From the IMG/VR virus record IMGVR_UViG_3300045988_128133: a stretch of DNA of 64,000 nucleotides, one strand, 5' to 3'. The notes under the pieces were generated by a model. It was given only the letters and a program-made list of their open reading frames with translations, was not told the DNA's origin and made no database searches. This document shows positions 40,701 through 47,880 of this stretch, one piece after another; position 1 is the stretch's first letter; each line of letters begins with the position of its first letter. This DNA is from a virus. Made by a program: the position numbers and the translations under genes.

Positions 40701-43700
40701 GCTAACGCGGAATACGCGCAAGCCACACGCCATACGGGTATTAAGGCAGACGGTACGGTCGTTGAATCCGGCATCGTTTGGAAGAAGCGTGATGCCGCCC
40801 TGCTGGAAGCCCGAAGGAAGAAGCAGGCTGAATTCATGGCTCGTCGTGAAGCTGGTGAAAAATACCTGAAGGAGCAAGGCGTAATCGGAAACCTCATCTA
40901 CAATGCAGTTGTCGATGCCCGCAAGGAAATCGCAGTAACGCAAATGGCTATCGCCCGCATCACGGGTGACAGCAAGATGGAAGACAATGCCAAGCGCATG
41001 GACTACCTGCATCGCACCTATCTGGCTGTGGGTAAGCACGCTGGGGACTACACGAAGACGATGCGGGAAATCATCGCCAATCCTAACGGTGAAACCGCAC
41101 AAGCCTTTAAGGGGCTTACCGTTCTGTTGAATGAAGCCGCGACGGCTCATGCCGAAACCCATCAGAGGGAGATGGCCGAAACCGTAAGCACCGTGCTGGA
41201 CAATATGCAGGCACTTGCAACCCTGCATGATGAACTGAACCTTGAGGTAGTGCCCGCAGGGGACACGGCTAACGAGAACAACGCACTCCTGTTCAATGGT
41301 GTTGCCAAGAACTTCAGAAGTCGCAATATTCTTGACTTCATCCATGACAACTATGGGGAAATTCAGTTGGCTTCTGACCTCAAGAACGGAATGAATATGT
41401 CCAGCATCTACGATAAGGCCATGTCCATGATTGTGCAGAGCGACAGGTACACGGCCAAACGTCTGGACAAAGTGAAGCGCAGGCTTCGCACGGAAGCCCA
41501 GGATAAATACATTGAATCCCTCCTACAAGGTGTGCCGGGCGATACGCTTCTGGACAAGCTGGGTTCCTTCAATTCAGGAGATGCTTTGGCCCACAGGATA
41601 AATGAAATCCTCCCCATGGTTCCGGTCAATGCCATCAACCAAATCTGGAATACCCCGCACCTGGATATTGAAGAGAAGCTGAACGACGTGGTGGACCTTC
41701 TCCGTAAGCAGGCAGAGATTCAGATGAACCTCAATGGTCTGGGCAATGTCATTAACGCTCAGGACATTAAGACGTTGGAATACCCCCAGCTCGCGGAACT
41801 GGCCATGGCTCATGCCAAGGAAGCCATTGACGAAGTACTGTCCAAGAAACGCACCCGTGAAGACGTAACGTCTATGCGGAAACGTGAACCGGAATGGAAG
41901 CGCAAGGCCATGCACGAACTCCACGATACTACCATTGGTGAAGCCATTGGCGTATTGCAGAACACTGTTTCCCTCCAGTCTAAACTGGCAGTGAATCAGG
42001 TGCTGTCTGATGAATATGCAACAGTGCTTAAGGACCAGGGGGTTGTAGTCGCGGAGGACAGTGCGGACCGTACCCCCGACATGGTGGAAGTCATGTTGAA
42101 GAATAAGCGTAATTCCCTGAACGGACTCTACACTACGCCGGATGTGGCTCGTGCCATTTACAAAATCTACATGCCCTCCGACGAAATCATGGACTCCAAG
42201 ACCAGCACGTATGAGGATGTCCGCAAGTACTGGAAGAGCCACACAGGAAGACCTGGCTTCCTCTCAAAGACGGGCGGCTACATCAACATGGCCACTCTTA
42301 TCGCCAGCCCAGGTTCCACCTTCCGTAACGCCTATGGTACTGCGGCTCAGATGCTTCATGCTGGTGCGTTCCCTGTGAAGGGGCTTAAGGACATTGGTTC
42401 CCTCGTGAAAGAATGGGGCCAGATGCACAAGCTCTACCTTAAAGCACAGGAAGGAGGCATTGGTGCGGAGTCTTCTGCTCAGAAGCTCCTACAGGCTGAG
42501 TCTAAATACAATGAGAAGATTCGCTACTGGCAGGAGATTGGTCTTCTTGATGCGGGGCAGGGTGAATTCCTTCGGAATATTTGGAAGTCCGAAGAGTTCG
42601 CGACAATGCAGGGAGAACTGGAATCCACGGATTCCGAGGATTCCTTCTATGCCTTTGCCGAAGCGTTAGAGGATAAGAGGTCCAAGACCACCATCAAAGA
42701 TGTGGCCAAGAAGGCAGGACATGGTGTTGCATACCCCGTGAAATTGGCCGCCTTTGCTTACGGGATGCCGGATGCCGCGGCTAAGATTGCGTTGTTCGGT
42801 AATCAGCAGGCACTCAGCCGCAAGCAGTTGGAGGTCCAGCTGGAACGGGCGACCATGAGAGCGGCCGCTGGGGAAGAACTCAATGCAAGGCAGAAGGCCC
42901 TTGTCCGCGCGGCAGGTAATGGTGAAGTGGCATGGAATGCGTATGTCGATAGGCATGCGGCTTCCAAGGTGAAAACCCTGCTTCCGACAGGTACGCGCAC
43001 CCCGAAGTGGGTGAAGTACATGGGGCAGTATGTTGCGCCCTACTTCATGTTCCAGTACCATACCTTCCAGTCCGCTATGTATAACGTGGGCTACGGCATG
43101 GAAGAAATTAGCGATGGTGTATGGGCTATGAAGAACGGCATGAGTAAGGACGGTGCCTACCTCGTAACCCGCGGGCTTGGCCGATTCATGGGTTCCGCGG
43201 CGGCTCTGACTGCCATGCCCATGCTTTCCCGCTGGGCTCTCATCACAGCGTTGCATACTCTTTATGGTGATGATGAGGACAAGATGCAATTCATTACGAA
43301 TGAGGGGGCACTCCGTAAGATGGCAGAGGCTGGACTCTTCCCGGAATATGACAAGTACGGTGACTTACTCGCCGTAGTGGACAAGGAAAGGAACGAGTTT
43401 ACCTACTTTAATCTTGACTATGTGAACCCCTACAAGAACGTGGTCAAGAGCTTTGGTACACTCTACAGACTAGCAGTCAAGTATGACGAAGACAAGTGGT
43501 CCAGCAATCCTATGGGTGAACTTCACAACCTGTTGGAAGGCACTGTGTTATCTCCGTCCATGGGGCTCGCTACCTTGTTTGAAGTGTTAGATGCTGAAGG
43601 ATTCCATTATCAGTATGCGACTACGGGCAATGAGAACGTGGACTTCATACCTGCGGTCGTCAATGCTCTAACCCTCACGGCGGGCTTCGAACCGTCCATG

Positions 43701-44387
43701 AGTGGCGGCCATACCTGGGAATGGGCTGAACGTCTGGCAACTACAGCGAATAGCAAACTCCCGGTCTATAGTTGGGGTGTCAAGTCTATCCGTTCTCTGG
43801 GTGGAGATACCCCCGACCTTAGCTGGGGAGCATTCGCCGCGCAGACGATTGGTACGGGGATGCGTAGGCCGAAGGACCTGACGGAAACCTTCGCTCAAGG
43901 GTTGAAGAATTCCCAAGCTTCGCTCAACCGAGCCAAGCGTATGACGATTCTCAAGCCGAACTACTATAAGCGAATGGAGTCCGGGGCTGACGTGGATGCC
44001 GTGGTTGCCGAGGAATCCGAGGCTATCATTAAGAGCTATACCAACGTGGTGAACGGGGTGCGCTTCGTCTATGGACTGAGCCGAACCTTGCCAGAGAATA
44101 TGAGGGATGCTGTCCTTGCCTCCGCTATTGAACGTTCCGGCATGAGTGCCAACAGGTTCAAGGCGGCCATGAGTGGCATCCTCCCTGAACTGATTAGCAA
44201 GGAGTCTGCCAAGGAAGCCATTGCTCGTCTCCAACTGGAAGATAAAAAGGCAAGCACGACGGAACGTGGTCATGAACTGATTCAGAAACAGATTGACCTC
44301 ATCCTCCAGCAGGCTGGAAGCGGTTCCGTGGATGTCAATGACAGAGCCTTGAGCCAGAAGGAAATTGATGGTTCTCTTCGACAGTAG
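34788..44387 (+). CDS. giant (3199 aa) multidomain virion/injection protein; tape-measure-like hydrophobic Gly-rich segments plus HExxH zincin motif
   Basis: N-terminal coiled coils, Gly-rich hydrophobic segments, and HEAIH at nt 39246-39260. Sits at the end of the tail block. Confidence 0.55.
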   Translation: MAIDFTTASPADWNPSSEITGIREARAAEKHAAWQRGQEQKALDRQKKEAEEAQKQAVKGVEAEADFFTHLSGVLDTERKEQEKRAKEQKTEARKEVTEARADIQFEQGQADRARAERDRDVKSLSRRNMGLNFEALEDMTDYVGRSADSFVDLKEGAKANPQVMEKLGNSLGLNVVSSNSLTPTDPAFTSRFGFSVGADGQPVITEKFLAIAADRNRSSKDVSTAIARTLAAERKSYIKANTTVAPDSAAKAEAEAPETMEAEEIKAIIDSIRREDVNTFNAARKVYDKYNTASTESIQGKAAKPREASVGELGVGESFDTAPSFTGNVFAELANLSKSPSTMFRLVRDYGKYVADTASTVAADARAAEAGKRAVTAAKTIDNLVKQMEDEYEGINSVALRDALMNEAKVAEAAVKRLAPMVDLDEMRAMADKKSHELGRTIESDYRRDYADTLYAELEKRNPGLSRDLIRTLGTTELLDKHTVGLKKRGSLDDAVAGAMSQYRSAAGQVADVLTFQPKASVGKTSDPLSAMEWRQGARGWEYGVVGGPTFEVSTEQLRDYMKNYGIKSTKDALNSLSHAARQGDLNLGRGTLFAYNPHTKEVDTNATLQYNPNALYDDDLFNRSVNQLQESGANPELIERTIEQWKKARTKSASEMVKQNMELEETLGALRDTWMGTGAGFAGGWVMDRLDKMLSFKEFYNSGKENGQSDEQILAAWQKEGQGAINSILRGLQIGAHKFADIGTGAVAGSLLFASNLIGSDTGREKARTMWNTLNEKQQAEGELVKGNLMADMSAEIVNLGYQMVATHVGGTVGSVAGRALERTAVNGLIKASAKVIARKTEALVPAARPGLASGISGGVQRVLNQAAAIDLQRVGAGAGVNTVIASQIVPQAYSEIFYAVYDREMDGKEHTAENLEAAQAKANRRAMMGAGIAGGMSVLINNRMGMESFIRKAVGAKNLRRENWFNRVDDRLSNWRRKNWKDMTNVEKVKAVSSYLYSCAKVSAEGATEELADEFQEWAVTELAKNGEISEQSIGTFEGVVEVGAKVAFLGALGGVYGARIAGETPAQFQLPAIEPTESKVFRDASQLVDSTGKALESVDPTGPAAPLLETGMRTIEIAGDRGDVELVATEWVNKTITDEALQLTDEQRKQWISRAPALGMTNFQSFRGYVQEASDRYQYEGESAAAEYLAGVIRDLPNTMAYANDTNVSVMRSMLTEAFDAMKSREANVPLDDHLDLQGTGDESLDEASVVINTLTNEPTETTEAVAPTETTETAAREEANKIVAPVQNFLDNGTGREAAEETVNTLAAGTATFDPNTGAWLASGSLEQRAEKLVVLNSMTSPTGPVVTTNTGESIVMTPNASMYAPSANAKAEEAPTTKWGNAVMSLDLPTDGTGVNGINLLNRLSVNATPAQKKAIEGLTQALNAAGLDLAVRMSTATDGNFSPAMITYNQGADGELAGGVIDLFTNRENAVEGTTGTLIHEAIHLLDRHLRKNNAEYGREMSKLRSAMAARFNDIHAVLREAYDNSLDPNEMNAIAAVMNDLAYGIKGADEFASVVFSNPVINSLVMGFTGKNADMDMLTRYAETTGKRKPIHNRIIDWLRDLFHEVRNEMQNAPVLDEAEWNAYVQRVADVAPEGAWYSLDRPETYAVNVTDYTGNKLGKSYFNPMAYESGLSQRMSFGVAAEIVGSSSGNWATMFRNGWRMTRWGQGGINVPTPEQRLVLQEQMVNLSASYERVNKRLGKVKELADKYVQKNNLTTDARQKLASAIIDTAGNLDNDIDPETVERINRETNAEIAQLKETRDYRINAAKQHVQRVVNQNAELIRAANLMANTSEGRASINEMIRLLNEVGREGYASTVNAETMAPAMNQRLTESMDSLGSRVRDLGNAALASRYYALARDTKSYILDQVNGVESPFTLDELQEGWDNLRSDYLRDELSKNVETANMLRDIKEAKAQAREWIKEANAEYAQATRHTGIKADGTVVESGIVWKKRDAALLEARRKKQAEFMARREAGEKYLKEQGVIGNLIYNAVVDARKEIAVTQMAIARITGDSKMEDNAKRMDYLHRTYLAVGKHAGDYTKTMREIIANPNGETAQAFKGLTVLLNEAATAHAETHQREMAETVSTVLDNMQALATLHDELNLEVVPAGDTANENNALLFNGVAKNFRSRNILDFIHDNYGEIQLASDLKNGMNMSSIYDKAMSMIVQSDRYTAKRLDKVKRRLRTEAQDKYIESLLQGVPGDTLLDKLGSFNSGDALAHRINEILPMVPVNAINQIWNTPHLDIEEKLNDVVDLLRKQAEIQMNLNGLGNVINAQDIKTLEYPQLAELAMAHAKEAIDEVLSKKRTREDVTSMRKREPEWKRKAMHELHDTTIGEAIGVLQNTVSLQSKLAVNQVLSDEYATVLKDQGVVVAEDSADRTPDMVEVMLKNKRNSLNGLYTTPDVARAIYKIYMPSDEIMDSKTSTYEDVRKYWKSHTGRPGFLSKTGGYINMATLIASPGSTFRNAYGTAAQMLHAGAFPVKGLKDIGSLVKEWGQMHKLYLKAQEGGIGAESSAQKLLQAESKYNEKIRYWQEIGLLDAGQGEFLRNIWKSEEFATMQGELESTDSEDSFYAFAEALEDKRSKTTIKDVAKKAGHGVAYPVKLAAFAYGMPDAAAKIALFGNQQALSRKQLEVQLERATMRAAAGEELNARQKALVRAAGNGEVAWNAYVDRHAASKVKTLLPTGTRTPKWVKYMGQYVAPYFMFQYHTFQSAMYNVGYGMEEISDGVWAMKNGMSKDGAYLVTRGLGRFMGSAAALTAMPMLSRWALITALHTLYGDDEDKMQFITNEGALRKMAEAGLFPEYDKYGDLLAVVDKERNEFTYFNLDYVNPYKNVVKSFGTLYRLAVKYDEDKWSSNPMGELHNLLEGTVLSPSMGLATLFEVLDAEGFHYQYATTGNENVDFIPAVVNALTLTAGFEPSMSGGHTWEWAERLATTANSKLPVYSWGVKSIRSLGGDTPDLSWGAFAAQTIGTGMRRPKDLTETFAQGLKNSQASLNRAKRMTILKPNYYKRMESGADVDAVVAEESEAIIKSYTNVVNGVRFVYGLSRTLPENMRDAVLASAIERSGMSANRFKAAMSGILPELISKESAKEAIARLQLEDKKASTTERGHELIQKQIDLILQQAGSGSVDVNDRALSQKEIDGSLRQ

Positions 44388-44401
44388 GCTACATTAAATC
44401 C

Positions 44402-44450
44402 TTGACTTACAGAGGGCATGGGGGGTACAATCCTCCCATGCCCTCTTTTC
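44402..44450 (+). promoter_or_regulatory. terminator hairpin with embedded promoter TTGACT-N17-TACAAT
   Basis: Arms GAGGGCATGGG (44413-23) and CCCATGCCCTC (44435-45), followed by TTTTCG. The -10 (44425-30) lies in the loop. Confidence 0.4.
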
Positions 44451-45049
44451 GTATAGTACCCAATCATGTCAGAGCCACCCCTCCCGGTGGCTGGAAATTT
44501 ATTGTCCCGGAATCTATGAGCGTTCGACTGAAAGGTGTTAAGGTTGAAGGACCTACGCTTGAACAGCTCAGGAAAAACGTTACCCGCCTCTTCATCAACA
44601 ACGGGGAACCTTTCCGAAATGAAGCTTTCGAATCTGAACTATGCTCCTATCTCCCCCCGGAGTATTGTCAGACGTGCGGAGATAAGGGTATCGAGTGGCG
44701 GGAATATGAACCCATGTCTGCACGCAAAGTCCTGTCCTTCTTTGCCACGATGGTATTGTGGTATAGACAGGGGCACAGGTTTGTAAGCAGTGAAGAGGCT
44801 CGACGACGCTACGATATTTGCAGGAACTGCCCTCGTGCTACGGACGTACCTCCCCCAGGTTTGGATAAGGAAGGGTGTGCTACCTGCGGTGCCGAAGGGG
44901 CTGGAAGAAAATTCTTAAAAGAGAAAACACAAAATCTTGTGGACCTCTCTGGCGGGCGGCCTCCCTTATACTGCACCTTGTGTGGTTGTGACCTGACGGT
45001 GAAGGCCCACTTTGATATAGACTCTGACTGTTGGAAGAAAAATTCTTGA
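44438..45049 (+). CDS. Cys-rich (multi CxxC) protein; start uncertain
   Basis: YCQTCGDKG, CRNCP, CATCG and YCTLCGC pairs. The ORF-track start at 44402 lies in the terminator. Confidence 0.35.
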   Translation: MPSFRIVPNHVRATPPGGWKFIVPESMSVRLKGVKVEGPTLEQLRKNVTRLFINNGEPFRNEAFESELCSYLPPEYCQTCGDKGIEWREYEPMSARKVLSFFATMVLWYRQGHRFVSSEEARRRYDICRNCPRATDVPPPGLDKEGCATCGAEGAGRKFLKEKTQNLVDLSGGRPPLYCTLCGCDLTVKAHFDIDSDCWKKNS

Positions 45050-45117
45050 CAATAATAAAACAACAGTCATACTGGCGTTGCTATGAAAGAGCAACGAACT
45101 AGAAAGAAACTAACACA

Positions 45118-45684
45118 ATGAAGAGAGAAGAATGCAAAGTAGGAACAATGGTCCGGGTTACTTGTGGCGAACACAAATCTGCTATAGGTATTATCAAGGA
45201 AGATGATGGAACCGGAACATTGCCTATCAGAGTCAGATACATTGATGAGACAGGCTACGATTTCTACGAACCCTTTGAGTTAGAACCTTACTCATGCACA
45301 GACATTAACCACAACGAATCCAAAATGAAAACCACCTTTGAACCTGAAGAACTTAAAAACATAACCCTGCATAAGGGAAGCACCGCATATATCAAATCTT
45401 CACAGGGCGGGGTCCCTGTCGTCCTTGGCGTTGAAGTGGACCATATCTCCTACGATATTGAACGCAAAACTGTTGAAGTGACATACACCAACCACCATTT
45501 CAGGACTCAGGAATGCGGCACTTTGAATCTGGAAGTATTCTTCTGTGCAGACGATGCCAACATGTCAGCTATTCGAGAATACGAACGTGTAGTCCAGAGC
45601 CTCAAGCGCGGCTGGGAATCAGCAGAAGCTCATTTAGAACAGCTCAAAAAAAATCATAAGGATAAAAACTATATCGTCAAATAA
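45118..45684 (+). CDS. SH3/KOW-like domain protein, MKREECK N-terminus
   Basis: GTMVRVTCGE...IRVRYIDETG, paralogous to the 19182 gene. Confidence 0.4.
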   Translation: MKREECKVGTMVRVTCGEHKSAIGIIKEDDGTGTLPIRVRYIDETGYDFYEPFELEPYSCTDINHNESKMKTTFEPEELKNITLHKGSTAYIKSSQGGVPVVLGVEVDHISYDIERKTVEVTYTNHHFRTQECGTLNLEVFFCADDANMSAIREYERVVQSLKRGWESAEAHLEQLKKNHKDKNYIVK

Positions 45685-45776
45685 AGATTGACAGCTTGAA
45701 TGGTAACATGGTATAAAACCCTTGCAACGATAGACATTCTGTTTGGACTGTAAGTTGTGTTTGGGTTCTTAGCATC

Positions 45777-45807
45777 GGCCCCCGTAGGTTAATTCCTACG
45801 GGGGCCA
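45777..45807. terminator. bidirectional terminator between convergent gene blocks
   Basis: Perfect 12-bp stem, GGCCCCCGTAGG-ttaattc-CCTACGGGGGCC. Confidence 0.6.
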
Positions 45808-45812
45808 TGTGC

Positions 45813-46313
45813 TTATTTAGATTCAAGGTGGGCGACAAGTTGTGTAATCGCTCCAATGCAGGCTTGCAATTCGGAAGCTGGATTAACATCCGCTAGCCTG
45901 TCATGTGTCCAGATGTTGAAGAGTCGTACAAGAATCCTGTCCTCTTCACATTCTTTATAGCTTTTAGCCATCACTGTGCGCTGAAACTGTTTCAAGATTA
46001 GGTGAAGCTCATAGGTCTCAAATACTTTCGCCCAGTTTTTGGCATGGTATTCGAGGTACCACTTAGCCTTCTTGAGGTCTTCAATGCGGTTCTTCTTGTA
46101 CCGTGAACGCATCAAATATTTTACGGCGTTGCCAAGGGCAAAGGGAAGCTTGCCTGTAATCTGGATAGCTTCAATTCCGCTGGGGTGTGATGTATAATGG
46201 GAGGGATGATTAACTGCATCATGGGTAATGGAATCCTCTTCAGGAATATCTGCAAAAGCCTGGGTCTTTACCCGGCTTGCCACTACCGCATTGATTACTT
46301 CGTGTTCTTGCAT
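45813..46313 (-). CDS. DUF3310-like phage protein
   Basis: NHPSHY...GIEAI...NAVKYL(M)R fits the DUF3310 signature as I recall it. Confidence 0.4.
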   Translation of the reverse strand: MQEHEVINAVVASRVKTQAFADIPEEDSITHDAVNHPSHYTSHPSGIEAIQITGKLPFALGNAVKYLMRSRYKKNRIEDLKKAKWYLEYHAKNWAKVFETYELHLILKQFQRTVMAKSYKECEEDRILVRLFNIWTHDRLADVNPASELQACIGAITQLVAHLESK

Positions 46314-46879
46314 TGATTTATAAGAGCTTTATAGATTAAACGTTGTTGATATTTTTGAACAAAGTGTTGGATGTTTAGAATGAAATCCGCAGGGACTGCG
46401 ACTAGAGTATATTTTCTAGCGTATCTTCGTAGCAGATACCGCACCATTCCATTTGTTTTTCCTACGATTTCTTTAGCTTTAACAGCATCTCCCACCAGTG
46501 TCACTACCATGGAAATATGGTGCTGAACACCGTTAAGATAATAACCGACCGAAAAGGCGTTGCTGTCTGCCTTCCACATTATAGCACACTCTGAGTCCTC
46601 ACCGTAGCGAGGACCTTTGGATGCCTTCGGTCTATCACTGGCGAGAATTGCGCCATAGTTTAATTGACTGCTGGTTAAGGGTTTGGCACTGGATAGGTCC
46701 GTATCTACCCACTTGTCGTGTTTAGGGTATAAGTCTGTTATAATACGCCTGCGGGCTTCAAGCTGGTCTCTCCCCAGGCGCACACCCCATGCGTGGTATG
46801 TCTCTTTAATTCGCCGATAGGAATCCGGGGTATTATTGAACAGCTGATAGCGGCCAGGGCCGTAGTATAGGCGAGGCAT
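46295..46879 (-). CDS. hypothetical protein
   Basis: 194 aa. Confidence 0.4.
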   Translation of the reverse strand: MPRLYYGPGRYQLFNNTPDSYRRIKETYHAWGVRLGRDQLEARRRIITDLYPKHDKWVDTDLSSAKPLTSSQLNYGAILASDRPKASKGPRYGEDSECAIMWKADSNAFSVGYYLNGVQHHISMVVTLVGDAVKAKEIVGKTNGMVRYLLRRYARKYTLVAVPADFILNIQHFVQKYQQRLIYKALINQCKNTK

Positions 46880-47550
46880 TAGTCCAGATATATAGCTGAG
46901 TTATGGATGCGATTTGGGCAGTGGGGGATATCCTCGAATGCCCAGCTTAAGCCGTATTTGTAGCTCATGGCTATCTTCAATGTAGTGAAGAGACTCCGTA
47001 TCTGAGGCTGAGCCGCGCCATCAAGACGCATACGGAAGATATGCCTCCACTCCCGGAGGTTAGCAGTCATAGCAATGGTTGTGGCTGTGCAGTTAGGGAG
47101 AAGACCGCGGGCTTCTTCAGGGGGCAGTCCTTCTTCACTAATCAGCTCAGCATAAGTGTACACCAGAGATAGGCACTTACCTTTGAACAGCCTGACAACT
47201 GTGGAAGGGGTTGAAGGGTCTCCAAAGAACTGAGGCTTAACCAGTTGAATAATTCCCTTCTTGTTGTAGTTCACGTACCTCTGAGACTCCATAGAGAAGG
47301 CGCAGTGGCGGTGACGTACCAGCTGGTGAGTTACACTCCTGTCCGTAGTTAGAACGGCAGAGATATTGATGTGTTCCAGTACGCTTTCATGTCCCCTATG
47401 GAGAATTTTAGACAGGAAAGCTACCGGGTCTCCTTTAGGTTCGCTTTTGTAGCAGGTGCGTCCGGCTTCTTCTGCCATAGATATGGCCTCAGAAACAGTT
47501 TCCTTACTAAGGGGGAGTCTTACCTGCTGGTCAATCCATTCGATGTCCAT
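46879..47550 (-). CDS. thyX: FAD-dependent thymidylate synthase ThyX
   Basis: ThyX signature RHRHCAFSMES (RHR-x7-S) and HESVLEH. Confidence 0.7.
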   Translation of the reverse strand: MDIEWIDQQVRLPLSKETVSEAISMAEEAGRTCYKSEPKGDPVAFLSKILHRGHESVLEHINISAVLTTDRSVTHQLVRHRHCAFSMESQRYVNYNKKGIIQLVKPQFFGDPSTPSTVVRLFKGKCLSLVYTYAELISEEGLPPEEARGLLPNCTATTIAMTANLREWRHIFRMRLDGAAQPQIRSLFTTLKIAMSYKYGLSWAFEDIPHCPNRIHNSAIYLD

Positions 47551-47562
47551 TGTTGTCTGTGT

Positions 47563-47880
47563 TTAAGAGTTCTTTAATTCATTTTCCATTCTTCTCAATG
47601 CTGTTCTGGATAAGAGTTCTTTAACTCTTTCCTCAGCATCTTCAATGCTGGTGTAAGTCCAACCGTAAGTTCCCCATTCTTCAGGGCTTGGCAAGTATTC
47701 ATCCCCAGCTTTAGTACCAGTGAAGTCATTGTCTTTTGTTCTGGTTCGGACAACGACCACTTCATACCTCCGGGTCTTCCCTTCGGGGTGGGTTTGTGAA
47801 TAAAGGGCTACGTGTTTTTCCCTCCTTATCAGAGTACATGTGAAGGGTTTGCGGATGTATTCGTCAGGAATCTTTTTCAT
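47563..47880 (-). CDS. hypothetical protein
   Basis: 105 aa. Confidence 0.35.
   Translation of the reverse strand: MKKIPDEYIRKPFTCTLIRREKHVALYSQTHPEGKTRRYEVVVVRTRTKDNDFTGTKAGDEYLPSPEEWGTYGWTYTSIEDAEERVKELLSRTALRRMENELKNS

Noticed and set aside
34788-44387. N4-like virion RNA polymerase identity for the giant protein
   Set aside because: No T7-like motifs A/B/C or DxDGD-type motifs seen. Gene order is the reverse of N4-like genomes. Composition looks tape-measure-like.
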